A stretch of DNA of 32,000 nt from Lachnospiraceae bacterium (GCA_036652735.1 JAVVVI010000014.1:19658-51657); one strand, 5' to 3'; positions 1 to 9,698 are shown, counted from the stretch's first letter. A program made the numbers and translations. The notes: generated by a model from the letters alone, not told the origin.

Positions 1-1847
1 ATGCAATCAGAGAATTAGGTGAGATGGCCTTGCTTTCTTTTCGGGATGAGCAGGGAACAATCTTACTGGAAGGAAAAAATGTAAAGTCTGCGGAAGCCGT
101 TCAGGATACTTCAGGAGTTACAAAGTCCTACGCGGTAGAATTGTTATTTGACAAAGAAGGGGCAAAATTATTTGAGGATGCAACCGGCAAACTAGTTGGA
201 AAAAATATGGGAATCTATATGGATGAAACATTAATTTCAAATCCAAATGTGGAACATAAGATTACCGGTGATCAGGCCGAGATTAATAATATGGAAAGCT
301 ATGAAGCAGCAAAATCTTTAGCTGAAAAAATCAATGCGGGTTCCCTTCCATTTTCCTTGTCCACAACGAATTTTAGTACCATTAGTCCAACAATGGGCAA
401 CAATGCATTACATATTATGGTAATTGCCGGATTTATTGCATTTGCAATTATTTGTGGATTTATGGTTATATATTATAAATTACCGGGAATTGTAGCCTGT
501 CTTACTTTAATATTGCAAATGTCCCTACAGTTACTTGCAATTTCAGTACCTCAGTATACCTTAACATTACCAGGAATTGCCGGTATTATTCTTTCCCTTG
601 GAATGGCGGTAGATGCAAATATTATTATTTCCGAACGAATATCGGAAGAACTTAAGAAGGGTCTTACGGTTGTAGAGGCAGTTAAAAAAGGCTATAAGAG
701 TGCATTTTCCTCTGTATTGGATGGCAATGTAACAACTGCCATTGTAGCTGTAATCCTGATGATTTTTGGTTCCGGATCCATGTTAAGCTTTGGCTATACT
801 CTGCTGATTGGTATGATTGTCAATGTACTTGTAGGAGTGAGTGTATCAAAAATGCTTCTTCTTTCCTTTTTACAATATCCAAACTTAAATGAAGCCAAGC
901 ATTTTCGTAAGAAAAAAGAAATCGTTGTGTTTAAATTCTTTCAAAAGAAAAAGATTTACGCGCTTATATCCGGAGTAGTATTCCTTGTGGGAATTGTCTG
1001 CTGTGTTACAAGGGGAGTTACATTGGATACCCAGTTTACCGGAGGAGCAGTCATTAGCTATATGGCGGAAGGTAAGATCAATACGGATCAATTGGAGGCA
1101 GCCATTGAAAAAGGAACCAATCGTCCGGTTACGGTTCAGGTAACAAAAAACAGTGTAGAGAAAACACAGAATATTGTGGTGACGCTTGCCGGAAATAAAG
1201 GTCTTTCCCCTGAAAATCAGAAAATGATAACAAAAGCTGTAAATTCCGTGCTATCGGAAAAAGCAGTGTTGGCGGAAACGTATGCTGTGGAGCCATATAT
1301 TGGCGCAAAGGCCTTACGTAATTCAGGAATTGCAATTATACTTTCTTCGATCTTTATTATTATTTATGTGTGGATACGGTTTGCAACACTTCATGGATTA
1401 GCAGCAGGCTTGACCGCTATGGTAGCATTGGTGCATGATGTAATCGTAGTATTTTTCACCTTTGCAATCTTTGGTATTCCATTGAATGATGCCTTTGTGG
1501 CAGTGGTACTTACGATTATTGGTTATTCCATTAATGATACGATTGTGCTTTATGATCGTATTCGGGAAAATAGGGAACGGGAACCCGGACAGTCTGTGAT
1601 TGAACTTGTAAACCAAAGCATTACCCAGACGCTTTCCAGAAGCATAAATACCTCCCTCACAACGGGATTGTGTGTGCTGGTAATTTTAGCTGCTTCGATT
1701 CTGTTCCAAATAGGATCCATTCGTGAATTTTCACTTCCAATGTTCTTTGGATTAATTAGTGGATGTTATTCATCGGTATGTATTGCAAGTATTTTATGGG
1801 CAATGATTGAGAAGAAAAAAGAGAAGAAATTAGAACTGAATTCCTAG
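1..1847 (+). CDS. secDF: Protein translocase subunit SecDF (fused SecD-SecF), 5'-truncated by the window edge
   Basis: The frame of ORF 24..1847 stays open back to nt 3 with no in-frame stop, so the ATG at 24 is probably internal. The translation shows a SecD periplasmic head, a 6-TM block (GIAGIILSLGMAVDANIIISERI), then a second SecF-like 6-TM block (VVLTIIGYSINDTIVLYDRIRE). Confidence 0.9.
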   Translation, partial: AIRELGEMALLSFRDEQGTILLEGKNVKSAEAVQDTSGVTKSYAVELLFDKEGAKLFEDATGKLVGKNMGIYMDETLISNPNVEHKITGDQAEINNMESYEAAKSLAEKINAGSLPFSLSTTNFSTISPTMGNNALHIMVIAGFIAFAIICGFMVIYYKLPGIVACLTLILQMSLQLLAISVPQYTLTLPGIAGIILSLGMAVDANIIISERISEELKKGLTVVEAVKKGYKSAFSSVLDGNVTTAIVAVILMIFGSGSMLSFGYTLLIGMIVNVLVGVSVSKMLLLSFLQYPNLNEAKHFRKKKEIVVFKFFQKKKIYALISGVVFLVGIVCCVTRGVTLDTQFTGGAVISYMAEGKINTDQLEAAIEKGTNRPVTVQVTKNSVEKTQNIVVTLAGNKGLSPENQKMITKAVNSVLSEKAVLAETYAVEPYIGAKALRNSGIAIILSSIFIIIYVWIRFATLHGLAAGLTAMVALVHDVIVVFFTFAIFGIPLNDAFVAVVLTIIGYSINDTIVLYDRIRENREREPGQSVIELVNQSITQTLSRSINTSLTTGLCVLVILAASILFQIGSIREFSLPMFFGLISGCYSSVCIASILWAMIEKKKEKKLELNS

Positions 1848-1856
1848 TGAAGAAAG

Positions 1857-1890
1857 AAGAAGGCGAGATTAAATCTCGCCTTCTTTCATT
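1857..1890. terminator. Bidirectional rho-independent terminator between convergent secDF and the KdpE-like gene
   Basis: Perfect palindrome GAAGGCGAGATT-A-AATCTCGCCTTC centred on nt 1871, extendable by A-T pairs to 1857..1885. T-rich runs follow on both strands. The right arm also encodes the last codons (..KEGEI*) of the - strand regulator. Confidence 0.75.
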
Positions 1891-2576
1891 CTATAGCCAA
1901 CGCCGACCTCGGTATAAATGTATTGCGGTTCCGCTGGATTGTATTCTATTTTTCTTCGGATATTAGCCATGTTAACACGGAGAATCTTATTATCCGTATC
2001 CGCATAGGGTCCCCATACATGAGTCATTAAAGAGGAGTATGTAATTACTTTTCCGGAGTTCTGAGCTAGAAAGGAGACAATCTTATATTCCACCGGTGTA
2101 AGATGAATCAGATGATTCTCTAATTGAACCAGACGCCGCTCAAAATCAATAGAAAGCATTCCACAGGTATAGGTATGCAAAAGACCATTGGAATCCCCGG
2201 TAAGCTTGTTACTGTGCCGTAAAGAGGTGCGAATTCTTGCAATCAGCTCAGGCGTACCAAAGGGTTTGGTGATATAATCGTCGGCACCTGCCTCCAGAGC
2301 AGCCACCTTTTCCCGTTCCTGACTTCGGGCGGAAACAACAATAATGGGGCTGTCGGACCATTCCCGTACTTTCTTTAAGATCGACATACCATCCATATCC
2401 GGAAGACCTAAATCAAGCAAAATAATATCCGGGCATTGGGAACTAATCAATGAGAGCCCCTCTGTGCCGGTAAAAGCCTGAACAACTTTATACTCATGGT
2501 TAATCAAAGTATTCCGAATAAAACTGGAGATATATTTTTCATCTTCTATAATTAAAATTGTTATTTTACCACTCAT
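1869..2576 (-). CDS. kdpE: OmpR-family response regulator, KdpE-like
   Basis: Receiver plus winged-helix domains. The motifs LLDLGLPDMDG, VVSARSQEREKVAALEAGADDYITKPFGTPELIARIR closely follow E. coli KdpE as I recall it. I set the start at ATG 2576 (MSGKITILIIEDE), 7 nt after AGGAGGA. The ORF-track start at 2615 has no RBS and lies inside the upstream kinase gene. Confidence 0.85.
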   Translation of the reverse strand: MSGKITILIIEDEKYISSFIRNTLINHEYKVVQAFTGTEGLSLISSQCPDIILLDLGLPDMDGMSILKKVREWSDSPIIVVSARSQEREKVAALEAGADDYITKPFGTPELIARIRTSLRHSNKLTGDSNGLLHTYTCGMLSIDFERRLVQLENHLIHLTPVEYKIVSFLAQNSGKVITYSSLMTHVWGPYADTDNKILRVNMANIRRKIEYNPAEPQYIYTEVGVGYRMKEGEI

Positions 2577-3648
2577 GATCTTCCTCCTTTGGAAGTGAAA
2601 ACTTAAATTCTGCACCTAGTTCTTTGTTTTTTGCAGAAATCGTTCCATTATGTGCTTCGATTATGGTTCTGCAGATGGATAGTCCAATACCCATTCCCCG
2701 GTGACCATCCAATAACCGGGCATCACAATCTTTGGTACCATCAAAGAGGGTGAGAAGCCGGGAGGGATCAATTCCCTTGCCAAAATCCCGAATGTGAAAA
2801 GTAATAGAATGAATGTCATCCGTAACAGTGACTTCTGTTGGATGACTGCTATTAGAATGAAGAAAAGCGTTTTCCAATAGATTTATAATTACTTGTTCAA
2901 TTAAGAGGGGGTCCATGGGAAGCAAAATAAATTCACTTGGTATTCGTACCTGTACCTGGGCATCCGGGTGGCGTTTTCGAAACCGCTGTACCGCTTCTGA
3001 TGTGACTTCCTCTACTGCTTCCTGTGATTTCGTTACCTTACTGGCTGTGTCGTGTATTCTGGTAACGGATAATAAATTTTCCACCATATTTAAAAGCCAA
3101 TTGGAATCTTCTGATATTTGGGAGACCAATTCATTCTTTTTATCTAAAGTCAGGGTTTCATCTTCAAGAAAAGAGGCACAGGCACCAATAATACTTGTTA
3201 AGGGAGTTCGCAAATCATGGGAAACTGCACGAAGAAGATTCGCACGCATTTTTTCTTTTTCTGCATCCCTTAGTTTTTCAGCGTGTTCCGCAAGAAGTTT
3301 AGACTGTATTTTCATATGTGAGGTGGTTGCACTGGCAATCAAGGAGATTGCAAGCATAAATAAAAAAGTGATGGGATAACCACTTAAGGTAAAATCTATT
3401 TGAAAATGGGGATAAGTAAAAAAATAATTAACGGAAATCACATATAATAAAGCGGAACAGATACCATACCAATATCCTTCGGTATATTTGGCAGTAAGCA
3501 TTAAGGCCAGAATATAAATCAAAGAAATATTGGTAGAACCATTGGGAACAAGTAAGCTGTAAATAAAAGCAATCAGGCTGGAAAACAGTATCACAAGACC
3601 TGTAAATAGAAGGTCATGCAGCCGTAATGAAGCAGGTTTTGATTTCAT
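2566..3648 (-). CDS. Sensor histidine kinase, KdpD C-terminal type (membrane DUF4118-like block + HisKA + HATPase), lacking the KdpD N-terminal/Usp sensor domains
   Basis: About four N-terminal TM helices, the H-box LLRAVSHDLRTPLTS, and G-boxes DFGKGI / GMGIGLSICRTIIEAHNG. GAGGAGG precedes ATG 3648. The stop overlaps the regulator start by 11 nt. Confidence 0.85.
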   Translation of the reverse strand: MKSKPASLRLHDLLFTGLVILFSSLIAFIYSLLVPNGSTNISLIYILALMLTAKYTEGYWYGICSALLYVISVNYFFTYPHFQIDFTLSGYPITFLFMLAISLIASATTSHMKIQSKLLAEHAEKLRDAEKEKMRANLLRAVSHDLRTPLTSIIGACASFLEDETLTLDKKNELVSQISEDSNWLLNMVENLLSVTRIHDTASKVTKSQEAVEEVTSEAVQRFRKRHPDAQVQVRIPSEFILLPMDPLLIEQVIINLLENAFLHSNSSHPTEVTVTDDIHSITFHIRDFGKGIDPSRLLTLFDGTKDCDARLLDGHRGMGIGLSICRTIIEAHNGTISAKNKELGAEFKFSLPKEEDHEW

Positions 3649-3723
3649 TTGTCCTCCTCAAAAGATAGAAAATATCATAAGTATTAGTGTTTATGCTGAC
3701 TATACCATTATCTCTTTTGAACT

Positions 3724-3760
3724 CTAAAATAGCAAGAGGAAAAATGCTAAAATCTTGCTA
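3724..3760 (-). terminator. Possible terminator after the ZIP transporter gene
   Basis: On the - strand, TAGCAAGA (15-nt loop) TCTTGCTA is followed by TTTTA. The stem is short and the loop is large. Confidence 0.35.
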
Positions 3761-3774
3761 AGATGTAGGAGTTA

Positions 3775-4575
3775 TCAGCCAAGCGAAAGGTCTAAAATCA
3801 TCATAATAGAAAAGCCAATCAGGGTAAATAGAGCCATTAATTCTTTTCGCTCATTGGACTGACTTTCGGGAATTAATTCATCGACTACTACGTATATCAT
3901 GGCACCGGCTGCAAAAGCCAAAAGAAATGGAAGTAAGTATCGTAGTTTAAGCACAAGTAAAGCACCAAGAACGCCTGCAATTGGTTCTACAATTCCACTT
4001 AACTGTCCCAGAAAAAAAGCTTTTTTTCGGGAAAGACCTTCACGGCGAAGAGGAACACTGACAGCCGTTCCTTCCGGAAAGTTCTGAATGCCGATTCCAA
4101 TGGCCAATAGCCATGCAGCAGGAAGGGTTGCACCATCCAGACCATAGGCAAGTGAGCCAAAGGCAACTCCAACAGCCATGCCCTCCGGAATGTTATGTAG
4201 CGTAATGGAAAAAATCAACATGAGACAGCGATGCATGGAAGAGGTGGGAGTCTTTGGACTGCTTTTTGTAAGAAGGCGTAAAAATAGTTTATCACCACAA
4301 AATAACAACAATCCACCACCGAAAAATCCAATAAAGGTAACAAGCCAGGGGATCATATGGAGGTTTTTTGCCATTTCAATCGCCGGGGACAACAGGGACC
4401 AAAAGGAAGAAGCAGTCATTACACCGGCTGCAATACCAAGCATGGCATCCATAATAGTTCCACTGGTGGATTTGAAAAAGAATACCAGAGCAGCACCCAA
4501 AGCAGTAATACTCCAGGTAAAAATTGTTGCAGCAAGCGCCTGAAGTGGAAAGGAAAGTTCATTTAAAGAAAGCAT
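3775..4575 (-). CDS. ZIP-family divalent metal (zinc) transporter
   Basis: Multi-TM protein with the ZIP signatures HNIPEGMAVGVAF and GIGIQNFPEGTAVSVPL. I set the start at ATG 4575 (MLSLNELSF..). The 38-codon ORF-track extension to 4689 runs through the divergent promoter. Confidence 0.85.
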   Translation of the reverse strand: MLSLNELSFPLQALAATIFTWSITALGAALVFFFKSTSGTIMDAMLGIAAGVMTASSFWSLLSPAIEMAKNLHMIPWLVTFIGFFGGGLLLFCGDKLFLRLLTKSSPKTPTSSMHRCLMLIFSITLHNIPEGMAVGVAFGSLAYGLDGATLPAAWLLAIGIGIQNFPEGTAVSVPLRREGLSRKKAFFLGQLSGIVEPIAGVLGALLVLKLRYLLPFLLAFAAGAMIYVVVDELIPESQSNERKELMALFTLIGFSIMMILDLSLG

Positions 4576-4630
4576 CCATTGTTTCCTTTTTTTTATAGAA
4601 TATGCAAATTTCAAAAAAAGGTAATACATA

Positions 4631-4659
4631 TTGATAATTTGAATGGAAAATAATATAAT
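4631..4659 (+). promoter_or_regulatory. Sigma-A type promoter for the bceR-like / deo operon
   Basis: TTGATA (4631..4636), a 17-nt spacer, then TATAAT (4654..4659), about 45 nt upstream of ATG 4704. Confidence 0.6.
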
Positions 4660-4703
4660 GAAATGGAACAAGAGCAGACACAACAACAATAAAGGAAAAA
4701 GGT

Positions 4704-5396
4704 ATGTATCGAATTTTAATTGTAGAGGACGATAATAACATTGCGGATTCTATCGAACACCAGTTATCAAAATGGGGATGGGAAGTAAAGGCAGTAAAGG
4801 ATTTTCAAAATGTAATGGCAGTTTTTTCCGAGTATGAACCCCAGTTGGTACTGCTGGACATTATGCTCCCCTTTTTTAATGGTTATCATTGGTGTACCCA
4901 GATACGCAAAGAATCAAAAGTACCAATTCTTTTTCTTTCATCCGTGGCAGACAATATGAATATTGTAATGGCAATGAATATGGGTGGAGATGATTTTATT
5001 GTGAAGCCCTTTGACATTCAGGTTTTAACAGCTAAGATTCAGGCAATTCTCAGAAGAACCTATGATTTTTCCGGACAGGCAAATTTAATTGAGCATCAGG
5101 GAGCAGTATTAAATTTAAACCGGCATTCTTTGACATTTCAGGGAGAAAAGATAGATTTAACCAAGAACGAGTTTGGAATTCTACAGCAGCTGATGGAAAA
5201 GAAAGGAACGATTGTATCAAGAGAGGTCATTATGGCGGCATTGTGGGAATCGGATAGTTTTATAGATGAAAATACACTTACGGTGAATATGAATCGTCTG
5301 AGAAAAAAATTAGAAGGTGCAGGTCTGAAGGAATTTATTTTAACAAAAAAAGGAATTGGCTATATGATTGGTTCATCCAGTGGAGGGAACAGATGA
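4704..5396 (+). CDS. OmpR-family response regulator, BceR-like (peptide-antibiotic resistance module)
   Basis: Long collinear similarity to B. subtilis BceR as I recall it: LP.F.G.HWC..IR..S.VPILFLSS, DDFI.KPF, AKIQA..RR, LTKNE, IVSRE, TLTVN.NRLRKKL. The C-terminal tail (..SSSGGNR) carries the GGAGGG RBS of deoB. Confidence 0.85.
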   Translation: MYRILIVEDDNNIADSIEHQLSKWGWEVKAVKDFQNVMAVFSEYEPQLVLLDIMLPFFNGYHWCTQIRKESKVPILFLSSVADNMNIVMAMNMGGDDFIVKPFDIQVLTAKIQAILRRTYDFSGQANLIEHQGAVLNLNRHSLTFQGEKIDLTKNEFGILQQLMEKKGTIVSREVIMAALWESDSFIDENTLTVNMNRLRKKLEGAGLKEFILTKKGIGYMIGSSSGGNR

Positions 5397-6568
5397 AAAT
5401 AAATAAAAGAGTATTTTTAGTGGTATTAGACAGCTTTGGAATTGGGGAAGCACTTGATGCGGCAGAATTTGGTGATGTAGGATGCAATACCTTAAAGAGT
5501 GTAGCGGGAGCAGATAATTTTTACACTCCAAATATGAAGAAATTGGGCTTTTTTAATATAGATGGAGTAGAGGGATTGGAAAAAGAGGCGTTTCCGCTGG
5601 GAAGTTATGCAAGACTTCGTGAGGCATCCCGTGGAAAAGACACAACCATTGGACATTGGGAGATTGCAGGAATTGTATCAAAGTCCCCATTGCCAACCTA
5701 TCCGGAGGGGTTTCCATCTGAGGTGATACAGGAATTTGAGATACAAACAGGCAGGAAAACATTATGCAATCGCCCCTATTCAGGAACAGAAGTGATTAAA
5801 GTCTATGGAGAAGAGCATAGAAAGACAGGAGCTTTAATTGTGTATACTTCTGCAGATAGTGTGTTTCAAATTGCGGCTCATGAGAAGGTAGTACCGGTGG
5901 AAGAGCTTTATCATTACTGTGAAATAGCCCGTAGGATTCTGGTTGGAAAGCATGGAGTTGGAAGAGTCATTGCAAGACCATTTGAAGGAACCGCACCGAA
6001 TTTTGTAAGAACATCCAATCGACATGATTTTTCACTTCTGCCGCCAAAGGTTACTATGCTGGACCAATTACAGCAAAGTGGATACGATACCTATGGAATT
6101 GGTAAAATTAATGATATTTTTGCAGGAAAAGGAATGGCACATAGTCAGAGAATTCAGAATAATCTGGATGGATGCAAAAAAATGATTCAAATGCAAACAG
6201 AAAGTTTTCAGGGACTGTGCTTTGTGAATCTGGTTGATTTTGATATGACCTATGGACATCGGCGTGATATCAGGGGGTATGCAGGAGCGGCCACGGAATT
6301 TGATCAGCAGTTAGGCGTCTTTATAAATGGTATGAAGCCGGAAGATATTCTAATGATTACAGCCGATCATGGCTGTGACCCGGGGTTTTTTGGAACAGAC
6401 CATACCCGGGAAGATGTTCCGCTTTTGATTTATGGTGACAGCATAAAAAAAGGATGGTCACTGGGAACCAGAGATAGTTTTGCCGATATTGCAGCCACGA
6501 TTCTGGATTTGTTTGAAATAAAACAAGAGATTGATGGTGAAAGCTTTAAAGAATTCATTATAAAATAA
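5393..6568 (+). CDS. deoB: Phosphopentomutase
   Basis: N-terminal VFLVVLDSFGIGE, plus TADHGCDP and the alkaline-phosphatase-superfamily layout typical of DeoB. The ATG overlaps the regulator stop as ATGA. Confidence 0.92.
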   Translation: MKINKRVFLVVLDSFGIGEALDAAEFGDVGCNTLKSVAGADNFYTPNMKKLGFFNIDGVEGLEKEAFPLGSYARLREASRGKDTTIGHWEIAGIVSKSPLPTYPEGFPSEVIQEFEIQTGRKTLCNRPYSGTEVIKVYGEEHRKTGALIVYTSADSVFQIAAHEKVVPVEELYHYCEIARRILVGKHGVGRVIARPFEGTAPNFVRTSNRHDFSLLPPKVTMLDQLQQSGYDTYGIGKINDIFAGKGMAHSQRIQNNLDGCKKMIQMQTESFQGLCFVNLVDFDMTYGHRRDIRGYAGAATEFDQQLGVFINGMKPEDILMITADHGCDPGFFGTDHTREDVPLLIYGDSIKKGWSLGTRDSFADIAATILDLFEIKQEIDGESFKEFIIK

Positions 6569-6588
6569 AGGTTCCGGAGGATTTGATT

Positions 6589-7938
6589 ATGAGAATGTAT
6601 GATCTCATTAAGAAAAAGCGCGATCATGGTGCCTTAACAGAGGCCGAAATGAAAGAGATGATCCAAAAGTATGTGTCAGGTGAGATTCCGGAGTATCAGA
6701 TGTCTGCTTTTTTAATGGCGGTTTATTTTCAGGGAATGACCAAACAGGAAACACTTGCGATGACAACAGCAGTGGCTTATTCAGGAGAGCGAATAGATTT
6801 GTCCGGTATAGCCGGAATCAAAGTGGATAAACATTCCACCGGTGGAGTAGGAGATAAAACGACCTTAATTATTGCACCTATGGTAGCAGCCTGTGGTGTA
6901 AAGGTGGCAAAAATGTCAGGTAGAGGTTTGGGGCATACCGGTGGAACAATAGATAAGCTGGAATCCATACCGGGTCTGCGCACCGATCTGTCCCGGGAGG
7001 AATTTTTTAAGGTTGTGAATCAGGTGGGATTAAGTGTGATTGGACAGACCGGAGACTTAACACCAGCAGATAAAAAATTATATGCACTTCGGGATGTGAC
7101 GGCTACAGTGGAGAGTATTCCCCTTATTGCAGTGTCCATAATGGGGAAAAAATTAGCAGCAGGAAGTGACTGCATTCTTTTGGATGTAAAAACAGGCAGT
7201 GGTGCCTTTATGAAGACGTTGGAGGATGCCATTTTGTTAGCAGAAGAAATGGTTGCAATTGGTGAAAATGCAGGAAAGCCAACGGTTGCTTTAATTACAA
7301 ACATGGATTTTCCATTGGGGCAGGCAATTGGCAACAGCTTAGAAGTTATTGAAGCGGTAAAGACGCTTCGGGGAGAAGGACCAAAGGATCTTACAGGTGA
7401 ATCCATTAGTTTAGCCGCCAATATGTTGTATCTGGCCGGAAAAGGGGAACTTAGCCAGTGCAAAAAAATGGCAGAAGAAGTTCTGTATGATGGAAAAGCA
7501 CTGGGGCGCCTGATTGAGATGGTGGAAGCACAAGGAGGCGATTCCAGTGTGATTCGTGACACGGATAATTTTGTAAAAGCACCTTTTGCAGTGGAAATTG
7601 CCGCATTAAAAAGTGGTTTTCTTACAAAAATGGATACCGAAAAATGTGGAATTGCTTCGGCACTTCTGGGGGCAGGAAGAGAGAGACTTGGAGACCCAAT
7701 AGACCCATCTGCCGGAATTATCATTCATGCTAAAACCGGTGATTTTGTAAAAAAAGGAGAGTCTTTGGCAACCCTTTATACTTCGGATAAAAAAAGGATT
7801 CCGGCGGCAGAGGAAGTGTATCGTCAAGGGGTGGAAATACATGGTGAGGCACCGGAATTACCTCCTTTGGTTTATGCCAGAGTCAGTAAAGATGGAATTG
7901 AGAGATATGATGAAGAAAATAAAAAGGGAGACAGATAA
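6589..7938 (+). CDS. pdp: Pyrimidine-nucleoside (thymidine) phosphorylase
   Basis: MRMYDLIKKKRDG..L, SAFLMAVYFQGMT, DKHSTGGVGDKT and SGRGLGHTGGTIDKLES motifs. I chose ATG 6589 (7 nt after GGAGGA at 6576..6581) over the track's TTG at 6583. Confidence 0.92.
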   Translation: MRMYDLIKKKRDHGALTEAEMKEMIQKYVSGEIPEYQMSAFLMAVYFQGMTKQETLAMTTAVAYSGERIDLSGIAGIKVDKHSTGGVGDKTTLIIAPMVAACGVKVAKMSGRGLGHTGGTIDKLESIPGLRTDLSREEFFKVVNQVGLSVIGQTGDLTPADKKLYALRDVTATVESIPLIAVSIMGKKLAAGSDCILLDVKTGSGAFMKTLEDAILLAEEMVAIGENAGKPTVALITNMDFPLGQAIGNSLEVIEAVKTLRGEGPKDLTGESISLAANMLYLAGKGELSQCKKMAEEVLYDGKALGRLIEMVEAQGGDSSVIRDTDNFVKAPFAVEIAALKSGFLTKMDTEKCGIASALLGAGRERLGDPIDPSAGIIIHAKTGDFVKKGESLATLYTSDKKRIPAAEEVYRQGVEIHGEAPELPPLVYARVSKDGIERYDEENKKGDR

Positions 7939-8592
7939 ATGATAGAAGAAGAACTTTTAAGCCATGTTGACCATACGCTTTTAAACGCAACGGCAACCTG
8001 GTCTCAGATACAGAAACTATGTGAAGAAATGATAGAATATGGGACCGCTTCTGTATGTGTTCCACCGTGCTATGTCAGACGCATTCATGATTGTTATGGA
8101 GCAAAGGTAACGATAGGTACGGTAGTTGGATTTCCACTTGGCTATAGCACAACTGAGACAAAAAAGCTGGAGACCAGACAGGCAGTTTTAGACGGTGCCG
8201 CAGAAATTGATATGGTAATTAATCTAACAGATGTAAAAAATGGCAGTTTCGATCAGGTTCGAAAAGAAATTGAGACCATAAGGCAGGAAGTGAAAACAGG
8301 TTGTTTAAAAGTGATTGTGGAGACCTGTTATCTTACAGAAGAAGAAAAGAAGATACTCTGTAACATTGTAAGGGATGCAGGGGCTGATTATATTAAGACC
8401 TCAACCGGATTTGGAACTTCCGGTGCCGATCTTAAGGATATTCAGCTTTTCAGAGAAACGATAGGAGATTCAATAAAGATAAAGGCTGCCGGAGGGATTA
8501 AAAAATTGGAAGATATGGAGCATTTTATTGAAGCCGGCTGTGAACGAATTGGATCCAGTTCTGCAATTATGCTTCTTAAGGAAAAAGAATGA
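7939..8592 (+). CDS. deoC: Deoxyribose-phosphate aldolase
   Basis: DHTLL.A.AT, VCV.P.YV and DYIKTSTGF (Schiff-base Lys) motifs. It starts directly after the pdp stop. Confidence 0.92.
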   Translation: MIEEELLSHVDHTLLNATATWSQIQKLCEEMIEYGTASVCVPPCYVRRIHDCYGAKVTIGTVVGFPLGYSTTETKKLETRQAVLDGAAEIDMVINLTDVKNGSFDQVRKEIETIRQEVKTGCLKVIVETCYLTEEEKKILCNIVRDAGADYIKTSTGFGTSGADLKDIQLFRETIGDSIKIKAAGGIKKLEDMEHFIEAGCERIGSSSAIMLLKEKE

Positions 8593-9698
8593 AGAAGAAA
8601 ATCGTTTGTATTAGTATGATTCTGTTTCTTTTATTACAACTAACAGGATGTAGTCTGATACAGAACACAAATCCGGAACCAAAGACAGAGTACAAGGATG
8701 AAGGAACGTACGAGCTGGCATTAATCAGCAGTTTTTCAAGCATAGATGGAAGAAGTTTTAATATCGAAGCCTGGAATGGAATTATGCAATATGCAGGGGA
8801 ACATTCTCTTAGTCATAAAGAATACCGTCCCAAGGAAAAAACAGAGCAGGCCTGTACAGATGCCATTCAACAGGCGGTTAGAAATGGAGCCAAGGTGATT
8901 CTGGTGCAGGGATATTTGTTTGAGGTTCCAATCTATAAGGCTCAAATAAAATACCCAAAGGTAAAATTTGTATTTTTTGATGGACAGCCAAGGAATAGTG
9001 AGCGCAGATATGTAATCAATAAAAATGTGTGCTGTGTTCATTTTGCAGAAGAACAGGCAGGATATTTAGCAGGATATATTGCGATTGCAGAGGGATATCG
9101 TCAAATTGGTTTTATAGGTGGAATTGCAATTCCTTCTATTATTCGTTATGGCTATGGATTTGTGCAGGGAGCGGATGCAGCGGTAAAAGATAAAAAAATT
9201 GAAAAAGAAGCGATTAATATTAAATATTCTTATACCGGTAATTTCAATGCGTCTTCCAAAAACAGAAAACTTGCTTCGTCCTGGTATGACAAAGGAACAC
9301 AAGTAATATTTGCCTGTGGACAGGGTGTGGAAAAAGTGGTACTGGATGCAGCAAAATTAGCAGAAAAAAAAGTGATTGGATCAGCAGTTGACCGCTGTGA
9401 GGAATCCGATCTGGTAATAATTTCCGCAATTAAAAATACCAAACAAGTAGTATATAAGGTTCTAAGCTCCTATTATGAAGGAACGTTTCAAGGGGGATCC
9501 TCCATTTGTGCAGATGCAAGAATCGATGGAATACAACTTACTATGACGACCTCTCGGTTGAAGCGTTTTACAATGGAAGAATATGAAACACTGTATGCCT
9601 CTTTATCCAGTGGGTTTGTTCGTGTGGGAAAAGAAGATGCAGCCTTTGATATTACAAAACTCAAAGTAAAACATGTTGCAGTTGAATATGTAAAGTGA
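8589..9698 (+). CDS. BMP-family (PnrA/Med-like) ABC substrate-binding lipoprotein, probably nucleoside-binding
   Basis: Signal peptide with the lipobox LQLTGC. The periplasmic-binding-protein fold pattern is typical of the BMP family (..VILVQGYLFE.., GFIGGIAIPSIIRYGYGF). ATGA overlap with the deoC stop. Confidence 0.75.
   Translation: MKKKIVCISMILFLLLQLTGCSLIQNTNPEPKTEYKDEGTYELALISSFSSIDGRSFNIEAWNGIMQYAGEHSLSHKEYRPKEKTEQACTDAIQQAVRNGAKVILVQGYLFEVPIYKAQIKYPKVKFVFFDGQPRNSERRYVINKNVCCVHFAEEQAGYLAGYIAIAEGYRQIGFIGGIAIPSIIRYGYGFVQGADAAVKDKKIEKEAINIKYSYTGNFNASSKNRKLASSWYDKGTQVIFACGQGVEKVVLDAAKLAEKKVIGSAVDRCEESDLVIISAIKNTKQVVYKVLSSYYEGTFQGGSSICADARIDGIQLTMTTSRLKRFTMEEYETLYASLSSGFVRVGKEDAAFDITKLKVKHVAVEYVK

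Noticed and set aside
2915-3379. 154-aa ORF antisense to the KdpD-like kinase gene
   Set aside because: This is a shadow ORF opposite a well-supported kinase CDS, with no RBS and an Arg/Ser-rich unstructured translation.
4576-4689. N-terminal extensions in the ORF track. Affected starts: ZIP 4689, protease 19040, citrate synthase 26529, TRIC 17605, KdpE-like 2615, bceA-like 10823, bceB-like 11607, DUF1667 13651, YihY 31146, CheY-like 24509, pdp 6583.
   Set aside because: In each case a downstream ATG/TTG/GTG lies 5-9 nt after an AGGAGG-type RBS and begins the conserved N-terminus or signal peptide. The extension lacks an RBS and overlaps promoters or upstream genes.
7020-7724. 234-aa ORF antisense to pdp
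   Set aside because: It lies entirely within, and opposite to, a strongly recognisable pyrimidine-nucleoside phosphorylase gene. The translation is low-complexity (Ser/Pro/Ala-rich), with no RBS and no recognisable motif.
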